From: Alphaproteobacteria bacterium
Lineage (GTDB): Bacteria > Pseudomonadota > Alphaproteobacteria > UBA7887
NCBI GenBank assembly: GCA_965216755.1
Contig: CBDCGL010000011.1
Location: forward strand, 2,624,001-2,688,000
Reading direction: 5' to 3'
DNA: 64,000 nucleotides
Shown here: positions 10,861 through 22,556 of the stretch, piece after piece
Position numbering within the stretch: position 1 is the first letter of the stretch
How the letters are laid out: every line of letters begins with the position of its first letter
The notes under the pieces: model-generated
What the model was told of the DNA's origin: nothing
Database searches by the model: none
What the model saw: only the letters and a program-made list of their open reading frames with translations
Position numbers and translations under genes: made by a program

Positions 10861-12669
10861 TTAGCGCCGGCCAAATAGGCGTTCGATATCGGCGCGTTTC
10901 AGCTCGACATAGGTCGGCCGACCGTGATTGCACTGTCCGGAATGGGGCGTGCGTTCCATCTCACGCAACAGGGCGTTCATTTCCGGCGCCGTGAGCGCGC
11001 GGCCAGCACGTACGCTGCCATGGCAGGCCATTGTCGCGCAGACCTCATGCAAGCGCTGTTTTAGTCCCAGCGCTTGCTCTATCTCGGCCACTTCGTCGGC
11101 CAGGTCGCGCACCAAACCGGCGACATCAACCGTGCCCAACAGCGCCGGCACTTCACGCACCAACACCGCGCCATCGCCGAAGGCCTCCAAAACCAAACCC
11201 AGCTCGGCAAGTTGCTCGGCGCGCCCAGCGAGTCCCTGCGCGGCCGCCATGTCGAGCTCGACGATTTCCGGCATCAGCAACATTTGCCGTTCAACGCCGC
11301 CCTTGTTCAGGGCGTTGACCATGCGCTCATAGACCAACCGTTCATGGGCGGCGTGCTGGTCGACGATGACCAAACTATCCTCGGTCTCGGCGACGATATA
11401 GGTGTTGTGCACTTGGCCGCGCGCCGCGCCGAGCGGATAAGACGCCTCTGGCGGCGGCGACTCGGTTGGTGGTTCGGTCAGGCGCGCCGCCGGCCCGGCA
11501 TCGGCGAGCGGCGCCTGAAACGCCGCGGCGGCATCCGCCATCGCCTGGGATGGCGGATGTGGCACCTGCCAACGGGATGGTCCGGATGTCCCCGGGGTGG
11601 AGCCTGGCGCCAGCGCCGGCCGGGCCGCGCCCAAGGCGAACTGCGCGGTCGTGCTGGCGGCGCGGAAACCGGCCGCGTCCAAAGCGTGCCGCAGGGCACC
11701 GACGATCAGGCCCCGGATCGAGCCGCTGTCGCGAAATCGCACTTCCGCCTTGGTCGGATGGACATTGACGTCAACTTCGTGCGGGTCGAGGTCCAAGTAC
11801 AAGGCCACCAAAGGATGCCGATCGCGTGCCAGCAAATCTTGATACGCGCCGCGGATCGCGCCGATGACCAGGCGATCCCGTACCGGGCGGCCATTGACAA
11901 AAAAGAACTGCTGGCGCGCATGGCCACGGTTGAAGGTCGGCAAACCAGCGTAGCCGCAAAGCCTTGCCCCATCGCGGGCCGCCTCGATCGGAACCGCATT
12001 GTCGGCGAAGTCACGGCCCATGATTGCCGCCAAACGGCTCAAGCGCGGATCGTCCAACGTCGCTTGCGCCGCGTCATAGCGGGCCAGGCGGCGTTGACCC
12101 GACACCAGGCGAAAGCCAATATCGGGCCGCGCCATCGCCAATTGATTGACCGTATCGACAATCGCTGTGGTTTCGGCGCGCGCGCTGCGCAAAAACTTCA
12201 AACGTGCCGGCGTGGCGTAGAACAAATCACGCACCTCGACCCGCGTGCCTTTTTGTCGCGCCGCCGGTTGCGGATCATTTACGACGCCGCCGTCGACGAC
12301 CAGCGACCAGGCTTGGTCGGCACTGTCGGCGGCACGGCTGGTCAATGTCATCCGCGCCACCGCGCCGATCGACGGCAACGCTTCGCCACGAAAGCCGAGG
12401 GTGTGAATATCGAGCAAATCATCGCCCGTCAGTTTCGAGGTGACGTGCCGTTCAACGGCCATCGTCATGGCGGTCAGTGTCATGCCGACGCCATCGTCGG
12501 CGACCGCGACCAGGCTCTGTCCGCCCTCAGCGATCGTGATCTCGATATCGTTGGCACTGGCGTCGATGGCATTTTCAACCAGCTCCTTAACCACCGCCGC
12601 CGGCCGCTCGATAACTTCGCCGGCGGCAATGCGATTGACCAGATAATCAGGAAGCCGACGCAGAGCCAT
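10861..12669 (-). CDS. mutL: DNA mismatch repair endonuclease MutL
   Basis: [46 protein letters not shown]. Confidence 0.97.
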   Translation of the reverse strand: MALRRLPDYLVNRIAAGEVIERPAAVVKELVENAIDASANDIEITIAEGGQSLVAVADDGVGMTLTAMTMAVERHVTSKLTGDDLLDIHTLGFRGEALPSIGAVARMTLTSRAADSADQAWSLVVDGGVVNDPQPAARQKGTRVEVRDLFYATPARLKFLRSARAETTAIVDTVNQLAMARPDIGFRLVSGQRRLARYDAAQATLDDPRLSRLAAIMGRDFADNAVPIEAARDGARLCGYAGLPTFNRGHARQQFFFVNGRPVRDRLVIGAIRGAYQDLLARDRHPLVALYLDLDPHEVDVNVHPTKAEVRFRDSGSIRGLIVGALRHALDAAGFRAASTTAQFALGAARPALAPGSTPGTSGPSRWQVPHPPSQAMADAAAAFQAPLADAGPAARLTEPPTESPPPEASYPLGAARGQVHNTYIVAETEDSLVIVDQHAAHERLVYERMVNALNKGGVERQMLLMPEIVELDMAAAQGLAGRAEQLAELGLVLEAFGDGAVLVREVPALLGTVDVAGLVRDLADEVAEIEQALGLKQRLHEVCATMACHGSVRAGRALTAPEMNALLREMERTPHSGQCNHGRPTYVELKRADIERLFGRR

Positions 12670-13996
12670 CAGAGGCCATGTGAGCCAAATATTCGCGCGC
12701 CAACACCTTGCCTTGCTCAACCGCCGGCTGGTTGAACGCATCGACGCCGATCAGCTGGGCGGCGATAATCGTTTCGAGCATGAAGTGCATCAGCAAGGCG
12801 CCAAGCGATTCCGGGGTCAGCGCCGACAGATGGATGCGCCGCACGGGGCGCCCGTTGCGCGCCAACGCCTCAGCGGTCGCGCGGTATTCGGCATCCAACA
12901 GATCGCCCATAGTGCGGCCGTGCAAATAGGCGAGCGCCGGATCATCGGCCAAATCATCATCGATTGGCGCGCCGGCGCCGACGCTGCCGACACCAATCAA
13001 CGTGTACATTTTGTCAGCGCGGCCGGCCAAATAGAGCTGGAGCTGACTATGTTGATCGACCGTGCCCATGGCACGAATCGGCGTCGTCGAATCGGCATTC
13101 TTGCCGATGGATTCGGCCCACAATTGGCGATACCACATGCCGAATTCAGCCAGCCGATCGCAATAGGGCATCAGTACCGTGGTAGTGATGCCGCGCTCGC
13201 GCATTAAACCCACAGACATCGCCGCCCCACGCGCCGGTTCGCAATCGCTCGGTGCCGTCGCCGCAAGCGTATGGTCGAGCACCGCTTGGGCGCCGGCCCG
13301 CACCTTGACCACATCGATGCCGGCGATCATGGCCGGCAACAAACCGACCAGCGAGAGCACCGAAAATCGGCCGCCGACCCCCGGGTCGTGATCCAGTACC
13401 GTAAATCGCCAGCGCGCCGCCATGCGCCGCAGCGGATTGTCGTTGGGCTCGGTAATAACGGTGAACCGCGGCGCGATTTGAGCGTCGCCAAGGCGCGCGC
13501 GGACCGTCGCCAGCGCAATCAAGAATTGACTGATCGTTTCGGCGGTGCCCCCAGACTTGCTGATCACCAGGAACAGTGTGCGATGAAGATCCAAGCGCGC
13601 CAACAAGCCTTCGAAACTATGCGGATCGACATTGTCGACAAAATGCATCCGGGGCATGTGCGGCCGCTCGCCCACGGTGCCAAACAGCTGGTCGTCCGAC
13701 AACGCCATGAGCGTTTTGCCGCCCAGACTGGAGCCGCCGGTCCCGAGCACGACAATATCGGACAAACGCTCGCGCGCGGTGGTTGCCAACGGCGCCAAAC
13801 GGGCCAAATCGGCACGCGCGGCCGGCAATTGCAACAGCGGTAGCGCGCCGTCTTGGTGCCACGCGCGGATCTTGTCCAGCGCCGGTCCGCAGGCACCGAG
13901 CACGGCACCAAAGGCGGCCTCTGGCAGGCCAGCGGCGCCGATCTTACCGGTCAGGCATTGGCTGATGTCTTGGCTGTAATGCACGATGGCGGGCAC
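12647..13996 (-). CDS. pgi: Glucose-6-phosphate isomerase (short form)
   Basis: [52 protein letters not shown]; start codon uncertain (GTG near 13996). Confidence 0.93.
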   Translation of the reverse strand: MPAIVHYSQDISQCLTGKIGAAGLPEAAFGAVLGACGPALDKIRAWHQDGALPLLQLPAARADLARLAPLATTARERLSDIVVLGTGGSSLGGKTLMALSDDQLFGTVGERPHMPRMHFVDNVDPHSFEGLLARLDLHRTLFLVISKSGGTAETISQFLIALATVRARLGDAQIAPRFTVITEPNDNPLRRMAARWRFTVLDHDPGVGGRFSVLSLVGLLPAMIAGIDVVKVRAGAQAVLDHTLAATAPSDCEPARGAAMSVGLMRERGITTTVLMPYCDRLAEFGMWYRQLWAESIGKNADSTTPIRAMGTVDQHSQLQLYLAGRADKMYTLIGVGSVGAGAPIDDDLADDPALAYLHGRTMGDLLDAEYRATAEALARNGRPVRRIHLSALTPESLGALLMHFMLETIIAAQLIGVDAFNQPAVEQGKVLAREYLAHMASDGSASAS

Positions 13997-14027
13997 CGTA
14001 TCAAAGCCGAGCGGCCGCCGCCAAACA

Positions 14028-15389
14028 TCAATTGACGGCGCTTGCCTCAACCCCTTCAGGGTTGCCGACCACCACCACCATCAACGACTCAGGATCGACA
14101 ATGTCGCGGGCGACACGCGCGATATCCTCACGTGTGACAGCTTCCATCAAAGCATTGCGCCGTTCAATATAATCGATGCCCAGATCCTGCAGTTGCATGG
14201 TGACCAAGATATTCGCGACCTCCTGGTTGCTGTCGAGACGCAGGGGAAACGAGCCGGTCAAATAGGTCTTGGCGTCGGCCAGCTCCTTTTCCGTGACACC
14301 GTGATCGCGCAAGCGCGCCAACTCCGCGCGGACCACATCAAGCGATTCGCCGACCCTTTGGTTTTCGGTCGCCACGCTGCCAACGTGCAATGCGGTGTAG
14401 TCCAAAGGCATCAAGTAGCTGTAAATGCCATAGGCCAACCCGCGCTTCTCGCGCACTTCTTCAGTCAGGCGCGAGCCAAAACCGCCGCCGCCGAGGATAT
14501 GATTCATGACATAGGCGGTGTAAAAGTCGGGGTGATCGCGCGACAAGCCGGGCATGCCGAACACCACCACGCTTTGCGGCACGTTCATGTTTTCGACAAT
14601 GGTCCGACCTGTGTTAGCGATATGGACGGGGCCGATTTCGGTGGCTGACGCCTGCGTCGGCAGGCCGCCAAAGGTGCTATCCAGAAGCGGCCCCAGTTCG
14701 GCGGCACTGATGTCACCGGCCACGCCGATGACCAGTTTGTCGCGCGCAAACCGTTCGGCGACGAAACGTTTGAGATCCGAAACCTCGATCGCCGCCACTG
14801 TCTCTGCGGTGCCGGAGACCGGTTGGCCGTAGGGATGATCGGGAAACGCGGTCGCTGCCCACAATTTGCGCGCAACCTGATTGGGGTCGGTATCGCGCCG
14901 GGCGAGCGCGGTCAGGCTTTGACTGCGCACCCGTTCCACCGCTTCCGATTCAAAATGGGGCGCGGTCAAGGCCAAGGCCAAGAGCGCAAACGCTTCGTCG
15001 CGGTGCTCGGTCAAGGTTCTCAAACCACCGCCGAAGACATCGCGCGAAGCATTGAAAGTCATTTCGATCGCCAGTTCGTCGAGACGTTTCTGGAAGGCGA
15101 GCGAATCGTAGGGACCGGCGCCCTCGTTGAGCAGGCCGGCGACCAGTTCGGCCAAACCGGCCTTGTCTGCCGGATCGGTGCGGGCGCCGCCGCGAAACGC
15201 ATAGCTCATGGTGACAAACGGTATCGATGGCTCTTCAACCAGCCAGGCCTCGACACCGCCTGTGCTGACGACCTTTTGGACCTGCGCGGCCCACGCCTGA
15301 GCCGCCCAGAAAACAATCAACACGGCCACGAGACCGCCCATTAGACCATATCCGCGCCCCTCACGGCGCCGGGCCGTATGTCCAACCAT
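14028..15389 (-). CDS. M16B peptidase, non-catalytic subunit (secreted)
   Basis: Lacks HxxEH; GGGGFGSRLTEEVREKRGLAY motif; signal peptide; paired with the catalytic subunit. Confidence 0.88.
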   Translation of the reverse strand: MVGHTARRREGRGYGLMGGLVAVLIVFWAAQAWAAQVQKVVSTGGVEAWLVEEPSIPFVTMSYAFRGGARTDPADKAGLAELVAGLLNEGAGPYDSLAFQKRLDELAIEMTFNASRDVFGGGLRTLTEHRDEAFALLALALTAPHFESEAVERVRSQSLTALARRDTDPNQVARKLWAATAFPDHPYGQPVSGTAETVAAIEVSDLKRFVAERFARDKLVIGVAGDISAAELGPLLDSTFGGLPTQASATEIGPVHIANTGRTIVENMNVPQSVVVFGMPGLSRDHPDFYTAYVMNHILGGGGFGSRLTEEVREKRGLAYGIYSYLMPLDYTALHVGSVATENQRVGESLDVVRAELARLRDHGVTEKELADAKTYLTGSFPLRLDSNQEVANILVTMQLQDLGIDYIERRNALMEAVTREDIARVARDIVDPESLMVVVVGNPEGVEASAVN

Positions 15390-15404
15390 CGGTTATAACC
15401 TCAA

Positions 15405-16778
15405 CTAGCTTGATTCGGCCGCCGGCCGCAAAACGCCGGAAACGGATTGCTCGGTCTTGAAAACGCTCTCAGCCGCGGCGATCACATCAGCTGCGGTTAC
15501 CGCTTCGACCAAGCTCGGCCACGCCTCAACATCTTCGACCGCCAGACCGGCGGTCAGCGCGACACCGAAAATGCGCGCCACGGTCGACAGATTGTCGCGC
15601 GCATAGGTAGCCTGGGCGATCATGCCGAATTTGGCGCGTTGCAACTCTTCGTCCGCGACCCCGTCGGCAACCAGACGGGCAATCTCCGCTTCAACGGCCG
15701 CCACAACGGCCTCGGTATCAACACCATTGCGCGGCAATCCATAGAGCACAAAACTGCTCTGATCGAAGGAGACACCGTTGAAATAAGACCCGGCATGGTC
15801 GGCGATCTTTTGGTCGACAACCAAGGCCTGATACAGGCGGCTGGTGGTGCCACCACCAAGAATCTGCGACAGCACTTCCATGGCCGCGATTACGGCCGGG
15901 TCGCCAGTCCGGTAACTGGGCGCCAAATAGCTGCGCGACCATTCCACCGAGGCGACACGCGGATCGGCCATTTCCACGACCCGTGCCGCACGCTGCGGCG
16001 GTTCGGTTGGTCGAGCCCGCTCGGGAATCGGCTTGGCCGCGATGGGCCCATAGATGCGTTCGGCCATGGCCCGCAATTCGTCAGCCGTGATGTCCCCAAC
16101 CACGACCAAAATGGCGTTGTTGGGCGCATAGTGCCGACTATAAAACACGCGCGAATCCTCGGCCGTGTAGGCGCGGATTTCGTGCTCCCAGCCGATCACC
16201 GGCAGACCATATGGATGCGACAGATACTGCGCGGCACTCAATTGTTCCGAGAACTGCGCGCGCGGGCGATTATCGGTCCGGCTGCGCCGTTCCTCCAGCA
16301 CCACTTGCCGTTCGGTGAGAAAATCCTCATCGCCAAAATCCAGATTGACCATGCGATCGGCTTCCATTTCCATCACCATTTCAAGCCGGTCGCGGGCGAT
16401 GTTCTGGAAATAGCCGGTATAATCCTGGGCGGTAAACGCATTGTCGTTGCCGCCATTGCGCGAAACGATCTTGGAAAACTCGCCGGCCGGCACGGTGGGC
16501 GTGCCTTTGAACATCAAATGTTCAAGCATGTGGGCGATACCCGACTTGCCCGGCGGCTCGTCGGCCGCGCCAACCCGGTACCAGACCGCGTGGTGGACCA
16601 CAGGCGCGCGATGGTTGGAAACCACCACGACCCGCATACCATTCGACAATGTGAACGTTTCGGCACCAAATGTGGCACCGGCCTCGCCGGCTTGGGCCGG
16701 TTCGGCAGCGACTTGAAAACACATCAGCGCGCCACAAACAGCGCCCATCACCAGCCGCAATTGCGAGAATTTAGCCAT
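15405..16778 (-). CDS. M16B zinc peptidase, catalytic subunit (secreted)
   Basis: GIAHMLEHLMFKG (HxxEH), NAFT, EERR; signal peptide. Confidence 0.92.
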   Translation of the reverse strand: MAKFSQLRLVMGAVCGALMCFQVAAEPAQAGEAGATFGAETFTLSNGMRVVVVSNHRAPVVHHAVWYRVGAADEPPGKSGIAHMLEHLMFKGTPTVPAGEFSKIVSRNGGNDNAFTAQDYTGYFQNIARDRLEMVMEMEADRMVNLDFGDEDFLTERQVVLEERRSRTDNRPRAQFSEQLSAAQYLSHPYGLPVIGWEHEIRAYTAEDSRVFYSRHYAPNNAILVVVGDITADELRAMAERIYGPIAAKPIPERARPTEPPQRAARVVEMADPRVASVEWSRSYLAPSYRTGDPAVIAAMEVLSQILGGGTTSRLYQALVVDQKIADHAGSYFNGVSFDQSSFVLYGLPRNGVDTEAVVAAVEAEIARLVADGVADEELQRAKFGMIAQATYARDNLSTVARIFGVALTAGLAVEDVEAWPSLVEAVTAADVIAAAESVFKTEQSVSGVLRPAAESS

Positions 16779-16960
16779 GGGTCCTCCCGGGGGGTGGTCA
16801 GGATCGGCAGGCACAGCCGTGCGTCGCTTGGGGCGTCGCCCGGCGTATAAGCATAAGTTGGGTGACGTTCAGTCGCAGAACAAGCCTAACAATGGCCGCC
16901 GCGCACCACGATCATGTTATCCGGTCTGGCGATCGTGGTTCGGCGACGGGCGAGATCACG

Positions 16961-17533
16961 CTAAAATGGATTCAAGCCTTCCAGCGGCGCGCGCTCCTTG
17001 CGCTTGATCACTGGTGTCGCACCATGCGTGGCTGGTAGCCCGGCATCGGCATTTTCCTGTAATCGCTCCGATTCGGCGACCGGGTCGACAACGGTGCCTT
17101 GTGGCACGGTGTCCTGCCAAAACATCAACCCGGTCACGAAACTCTCGTCATCAGCGGCCAACACCCCGCTTTCCTGATTGACGACGTTGCGAATGTCGGG
17201 CTCGACCGCATCGGCGCCGGCGCGCCGCAGCATGGCCGTTTCACCATCTGATTGGCCGAACGAGTCCTGGTCGGGATCGGCGCCGGTCAGAATCCGTTCC
17301 GCCTGATCCCGCACGGCAACAGCTTGTGGCCGTTCAGCGCCCGGGCTCGGCGGCCGCAAATAATAGTCGGGCGGCAATTCCAAAGGCGCGTTCACCGCGA
17401 CTTGGTACTCATCGGGAGATTTCTTGCCGAGACCCAAGGCGCCTTTCAGCGACTTGCTGGCGCACCCACCGACCGCCAAGCCGGTGGCAATGACAAACAC
17501 ACAGACAACTTGATTTCGCATCGTTCGTATCAC
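16961..17533 (-). CDS. DUF3035-like lipoprotein
   Basis: Lipobox AVGGC, SPDEY, PLELPPDY.LRPP.PG; typical position downstream of lspA in alphaproteobacteria. Confidence 0.8.
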   Translation of the reverse strand: MIRTMRNQVVCVFVIATGLAVGGCASKSLKGALGLGKKSPDEYQVAVNAPLELPPDYYLRPPSPGAERPQAVAVRDQAERILTGADPDQDSFGQSDGETAMLRRAGADAVEPDIRNVVNQESGVLAADDESFVTGLMFWQDTVPQGTVVDPVAESERLQENADAGLPATHGATPVIKRKERAPLEGLNPF

Positions 17534-17548
17534 CCCATTGGACGACGC

Positions 17549-18052
17549 TTAACGCGGTTCTAGTGTAGTGCCCGACGGGCGTGCCAGCAACGAACCGATG
17601 ATCAACAAGCCGACGCCGATCGTAATAGCAGCATCCGCCACATTGAAGGCGGGCCAATGCCAGCCATAGGCATGAACATCGACAAAATCCACAACCGCAT
17701 GGAAACGCAGGCGGTCGATGATGTTCCCGCACGCGCCGCCGATGGTCAGCCCAAGCGCGATCGCGTTCCAGCGCTCGTCGGTTCGCCACAACCAAATCAC
17801 CAAGGCAATCGTGATCGCCAGCGCCAGACCGCTCAACAACCACGGACCGACCCAGGCTAAATTCGAAAACATGCCGAAGCTGACACCCGTGTTCCAAACC
17901 AAAACGATGTTGAGAAAGGGCGTGACTTCGATATAGGCGCCGGCGCCCGTGCCCATCGGCAAGAAATAATCCAGAACCCGCCATTTGCTGATCTGATCCG
18001 CGATCAGCACGACGAGCGCCACAAACAGCCCCAGACGCACCGGTGTGATCAT
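17549..18052 (-). CDS. lspA: Lipoprotein signal peptidase II
   Basis: DQISK, WNTGVSFG, GNIIDR, VVDF, FNVAD. Confidence 0.97.
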   Translation of the reverse strand: MITPVRLGLFVALVVLIADQISKWRVLDYFLPMGTGAGAYIEVTPFLNIVLVWNTGVSFGMFSNLAWVGPWLLSGLALAITIALVIWLWRTDERWNAIALGLTIGGACGNIIDRLRFHAVVDFVDVHAYGWHWPAFNVADAAITIGVGLLIIGSLLARPSGTTLEPR

Positions 18053-20889
18053 GACGACACCGTGCTAGCCGGCGTCGGCGTCGCAGCCAACGCGGCAACT
18101 GCGTCGGCGCAGCGCGCGCACAATTCTTCGTGCTCCGCGATCTGTCCCACCGACGGCAAAAACTGCCAACAGCGGGCACACTTTTCGCCGCTCGCCGGCA
18201 GCACCAAAACCGCGACATCGTTCACGTCTGGCAGCGTAAATGCATCCGCGTCGGGCGGATCGGTCGACAACACGGCACCTGAAGTGATAGCAAGTTCAGC
18301 CAAGGCAGCGCCGTCCGTTAGCTCCAAATCCGCGCTGCTTAGCCATACCTTGACGGTCGCTTGCAGGCTTGAACCGATGCGTTTGTCGCGGCGGGCGATT
18401 TCCAGCGCACCGGTCACAACCCGGCGAATCGCGCGTAATCGCTGCCAGCGCGCCGCCAAGGGGTCGTCGCGCCACACCGCCGGGACCGTTGGAAATTGGC
18501 GCAGATGGATGCTGTCGTCATCGGATGGGAAGCGACATAGCCACGCCTCTTCGGCGGTGAAGCAAAGGACCGGCGCCAGCCACGCGGTCAAGCATGAAAA
18601 CAGCTCGTCGAGTACCGTGCGCGCGGCACGCCGGCGCACGCTATCGAACCGATCACAATAGAGCGAGTCTTTGCGCACATCGAAATAGAACGCCGAGAGC
18701 TCGGCCCCGCAGAAGTTCTGCAACGCATTGTAAAACGTATGGAAATCATAGTCATCGCAGGCCTTGGCGCGGAGCGCGTCAAGTTCGACCAAGCGATGCA
18801 ACACCCAGCGTTCAAGGTCCGGCATGTCGGCCGGAGCGAGCCGTTCGCGCTCTTCAAATCCGTGCAGGCTGCCGAGCAAATAACGCAGCGTGTTGCGAAT
18901 CCGGCGGTAGCTGTCAACCAGTCCCTTGATGATTTCCGGACCGATCCGCAGGTCTTCGGTGTAGTCGGTCACCGCCACCCACCAGCGCAAGATGTCGGCG
19001 CCGTGCTGCTCGATGACCTTTTGCGGCGCGACTACATTGCCAACCGACTTGGACATCTTGCGGCCTTCGCCATCGAGCACGAAGCCGTGGGTGAGCACAG
19101 CGTCATAGGGCGCTCGGCCGCGCGTGCCGCAGGATTCCAATAGCGACGAGTGAAACCAGCCGCGATGCTGGTCGGAGCCCTCCAAATACAGTGACGCCGG
19201 CCACAATTGGCTGGGATCGGGTTCCAAGACGAAAGCGTGGGTCGAGCCCGAGTCGAACCAGACATCCAAAATGTCCTGAACCTGGTGATAATCGTCGGCA
19301 TTGTGCGCGTTGCCGAGAAACACCGCCGGATCTTCGGTAAACCAGACATCGGCGCCGCCGGCCGCCACCGCGTCGGCGACTCGTTCAATCACCGCTTGAT
19401 CGCGCAGGGGCTCGCCGGTTTGTTTATGCACGAACACCGGAATCGGCACGCCCCAGGCACGCTGGCGCGAAACGCACCAATCGGGCCGCGTCTCCACCAT
19501 CGAGCGGATGCGGTTGCGCCCGGCCGCGGGAACCCAACGCGTGGCGTCGATTGCCTTGAGGGCCGTATCGCGCAGGTCGTTGGTGTCCATACTGATGAAC
19601 CATTGCGGCGTGTTGCGAAAGATGACCGGCTTCTTCGACCGCCAGGAATGGGGATAGGCGTGCTGATAGGGCTGCGACGCGAGCAAAGTGCCAAAACCGC
19701 TGAGTGTTTCGATCACCTGCGGATTGACCTTGTAGACATGTGCGCCAGCAAATAGCGGCACATGGTCGAGAAAGCGGCCGTCATCGCCGACCGTGTCCGG
19801 CACCGGCAAATCGTGGGCGCGACCCAGTTCGAAGTCATCGGCGCCGTGACCCGGCGCGATATGAACGAAGCCCGTGCCTTGCTCGACATCGACGAAGTCG
19901 CCGGGCAACAGCGGCGGCGCGATTTGATAATGATCACCGGCCAAAGGATGCGTGGTCACGGTGCCGGCGAGGGCGGTACCCTTAACCGTGTCGACCAGGC
20001 GCCACGACGCGATTCCGGCGCGCGCGGCGACCGCCTCGGCCAAAGCCGTGGCGACAATCACCCGTTCGCCGACGACAGCGTGGCTGCCTTCTTCGATGGC
20101 CTCAACTTGGTAGACACCGTAGTCGATCGCCGCGCCATAGGCGACCGCCTGGTTGCCGGGCAGGGTCCAGGGCGTCGTGGTCCAGATGATGACCGACGCG
20201 TCCTTGGCCGCGGCGCTTGGACTTTCGGCGACGCGAAAACGAACATCGATCGCCGGCGATGTGATGTCATGATATTCGACTTCGGCCTCGGCCAGCGCCG
20301 TCTTTTCGACCGGCGACCACATCACCGGCTTGGCGCCCCGATAAAGTCCGCCATTGACAAGGAACTTGCCGATCTCGCGAACAATCTGCGCTTCGGCGGA
20401 ATAGTCCATGGTTAAATAGCGGCGGTCCCAGTCGCCGATCGCGCCCAGGCGGATGAACTCGGTCATCTGCGCATCGATCCAGCGATCGGCAAACGCGCGA
20501 CATTCGCGCCGAAATTCATCGACCGGCACATCGTCTTTGTTTTTGCCGCGTTTCCGATAATCCTGCTCGATCTGCCATTCGATCGGCAGCCCGTGGCAAT
20601 CCCAGCCGGGAATGAAATGGGCGTCGCGGCCGGCCATCTGCTGCGACCGGTTGACCACATCTTTCAGGATCTTGTTGAGCGCATGACCGATATGGATCGG
20701 GCCGTTGGCATAGGGCGGGCCGTCGTGAAGGATGAATTTTTCGCGTCCGCGCGCGTCGTCGCGCATACGTTGCCACAAATCGATCCGCGCCCAGCGCTCC
20801 AAAATGTCCGGCTCGCGCTTGGGCAGACCGGCCTTCATGGGAAACGGTGTTTTGGGCAGAAAAACGGTTGATTTGTAGTCCTGGCTCAC
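18049..20889 (-). CDS. ileS: Isoleucine-tRNA ligase
   Basis: LHDGPPYANG.IHIGH, WTTTPWT, EGSDQHRGWF, KMSKS, C-terminal zinc finger. Confidence 0.98.
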   Translation of the reverse strand: MSQDYKSTVFLPKTPFPMKAGLPKREPDILERWARIDLWQRMRDDARGREKFILHDGPPYANGPIHIGHALNKILKDVVNRSQQMAGRDAHFIPGWDCHGLPIEWQIEQDYRKRGKNKDDVPVDEFRRECRAFADRWIDAQMTEFIRLGAIGDWDRRYLTMDYSAEAQIVREIGKFLVNGGLYRGAKPVMWSPVEKTALAEAEVEYHDITSPAIDVRFRVAESPSAAAKDASVIIWTTTPWTLPGNQAVAYGAAIDYGVYQVEAIEEGSHAVVGERVIVATALAEAVAARAGIASWRLVDTVKGTALAGTVTTHPLAGDHYQIAPPLLPGDFVDVEQGTGFVHIAPGHGADDFELGRAHDLPVPDTVGDDGRFLDHVPLFAGAHVYKVNPQVIETLSGFGTLLASQPYQHAYPHSWRSKKPVIFRNTPQWFISMDTNDLRDTALKAIDATRWVPAAGRNRIRSMVETRPDWCVSRQRAWGVPIPVFVHKQTGEPLRDQAVIERVADAVAAGGADVWFTEDPAVFLGNAHNADDYHQVQDILDVWFDSGSTHAFVLEPDPSQLWPASLYLEGSDQHRGWFHSSLLESCGTRGRAPYDAVLTHGFVLDGEGRKMSKSVGNVVAPQKVIEQHGADILRWWVAVTDYTEDLRIGPEIIKGLVDSYRRIRNTLRYLLGSLHGFEERERLAPADMPDLERWVLHRLVELDALRAKACDDYDFHTFYNALQNFCGAELSAFYFDVRKDSLYCDRFDSVRRRAARTVLDELFSCLTAWLAPVLCFTAEEAWLCRFPSDDDSIHLRQFPTVPAVWRDDPLAARWQRLRAIRRVVTGALEIARRDKRIGSSLQATVKVWLSSADLELTDGAALAELAITSGAVLSTDPPDADAFTLPDVNDVAVLVLPASGEKCARCWQFLPSVGQIAEHEELCARCADAVAALAATPTPASTVSS

Positions 20890-20934
20890 AATCGATCTCG
20901 CAAACTGTCGGGTGCCGGGGTCGGCTTCGAGACG

Positions 20935-21912
20935 TTATTGATTGAACGCGGTGCGTCCCGCGGCCTGGGGCGGAGTCGCACCGGTCAGCATAAAGCGGGC
21001 GTTGCGGCAATCTTCCGCCATTTGTGCCGTCAACGCGTCAACGCTGTCGAACTTTTCCTCGCGCCGGATCCAATTGACAAACGCGACTCTCAAATAGCGT
21101 CCGTACAGATCGCCGTCAAAATCGAAGATGTGCACCTCCAACACCAGGCGTTGGCCGCCAAAGGTCGGCCGTACGCCGGCGCTGGCAACGGCCGGCAGCC
21201 ATTCGGTGCCGGTACGCCCGACGATCCCGGCCCACACGGCATAAATACCGTAGGCGGGCTCCACATGCCCGTTGAAATGCAGGTTCGCGGTTGGATACCC
21301 CAAGGTGCGGCCGCGCTTGTCGCCATGGCGGACGCGCGCTTCGACCTCCCACAAATGGCCCAAAATAGCTGCCGCCAGACGCGGTTCACCGCGGCGCAAG
21401 TAACCGCGAACACGGCTGGCGGAGTAGACCTCGCCGGCATTGCCAATCGCGGCCACACGGGTGACGCCAAAGCCCAGGGCTTCGCCCGCCGCCGCCAGCA
21501 TGGCGTGATCGCCGCCGCGGCGTCGGCCAAAATGGAAATCGTGTCCAATCACGACATGACGCGGCGCCAATCCGTCGCGCAGCACATCATCGATAAAGGT
21601 CGCGGGCGATTTTTGGCTGAACGCCTTGGTGAACGGCGGTACAAACATGACATCGACGCCACATTCCATGAGCCGTCGCGCCTTGACCCGAAACGGAGTC
21701 AACCGCAGCGGCGCCGTCTCGGGCGCCAGTACCTTGGCCGGATGGGGTTCAAAGGTCATGACGCCCAGCGGCGCGCCCAACGGCCGCGCGATCTCAGCGG
21801 CTTGGCCAATGACACCGCGGTGACCCAAATGGACGCCATCAAAATTGCCGAGCGCAACCACAGCGCCGCGCAAATCGTCAGGAGTCGTCCGATAGTGGCG
21901 GACAATGCGCAT
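20935..21912 (-). CDS. ribF: Bifunctional riboflavin kinase/FAD synthetase
   Basis: GNFDGVHLGH, TFEPHP, GRTLGYPTAN, RPTF, EVHIFDF. Confidence 0.97.
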   Translation of the reverse strand: MRIVRHYRTTPDDLRGAVVALGNFDGVHLGHRGVIGQAAEIARPLGAPLGVMTFEPHPAKVLAPETAPLRLTPFRVKARRLMECGVDVMFVPPFTKAFSQKSPATFIDDVLRDGLAPRHVVIGHDFHFGRRRGGDHAMLAAAGEALGFGVTRVAAIGNAGEVYSASRVRGYLRRGEPRLAAAILGHLWEVEARVRHGDKRGRTLGYPTANLHFNGHVEPAYGIYAVWAGIVGRTGTEWLPAVASAGVRPTFGGQRLVLEVHIFDFDGDLYGRYLRVAFVNWIRREEKFDSVDALTAQMAEDCRNARFMLTGATPPQAAGRTAFNQ

Positions 21913-21991
21913 GGCTGGCGCGTTTAACCCATCTGCCGATGGTTGGCAACCGACGCGCCTGCGGCACGCGTCCCCGGGCCGCTGACCAGCG

Positions 21992-22525
21992 CTAGCTACC
22001 GGAGCGCGCCATCACCACAGCATGGCCTTCAATCACGGTTTTGCTGCCGACCGTGCAGACGGTATCCAACTTGGCCCACTTCTTTTCAGGGTACAATTCG
22101 GCGACGGTCGCCCGTGCGACCACGGTATCGCCGGCCCTGACCGGGGCACGAAACCGCAAATCTTGGCTGACATAAATGACCCCGGGCCCGGGCAGTTTGG
22201 TGCCGAGCACGGTCGAAATCAGCGTTGCCGACAGCATACCGTGGGCGATCGTGCCACGAAATCTCGTCTGCGCGGCATATTCGTGGTTCAAGTGGATGGG
22301 ATTGGTATCGCCGGAAATACCGCAAAACAGAACAATGTCGCTTTCGGTGATAGTGCGGCTATAGATGGCGGTCATGCCGACCGTCAGGTCTTCAAACGCA
22401 AGCCCGTCGAGCTCTGGCGCATAGGCGGCGAAGTCGCCGTCAGAAACGGCACGTGTCGCGCCCTTACCGTTTCCGGTTGGCGCCTGCGGCGCCGCACGGT
22501 TGTCTGCGGGAACGCCGTCCGACAT
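21992..22525 (-). CDS. MaoC family (R)-specific enoyl-CoA hydratase (PhaJ-like)
   Basis: SGDTNPIH hydratase-2 motif, IAHGML, LGTKLPGPG. Confidence 0.85.
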   Translation of the reverse strand: MSDGVPADNRAAPQAPTGNGKGATRAVSDGDFAAYAPELDGLAFEDLTVGMTAIYSRTITESDIVLFCGISGDTNPIHLNHEYAAQTRFRGTIAHGMLSATLISTVLGTKLPGPGVIYVSQDLRFRAPVRAGDTVVARATVAELYPEKKWAKLDTVCTVGSKTVIEGHAVVMARSGS

Positions 22526-22556
22526 GATATGATCCCCTCTCCGGCTTATCTATTGT

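Noticed and set aside
11074-12735. Long antisense ORFs (553 aa opposite mutL; also 5119-6432, 15447-16850, 20938-21927, 32119-33096, 36105-37157)
   Set aside because: Shadows of GC-rich codon usage on well-supported genes; no family motifs
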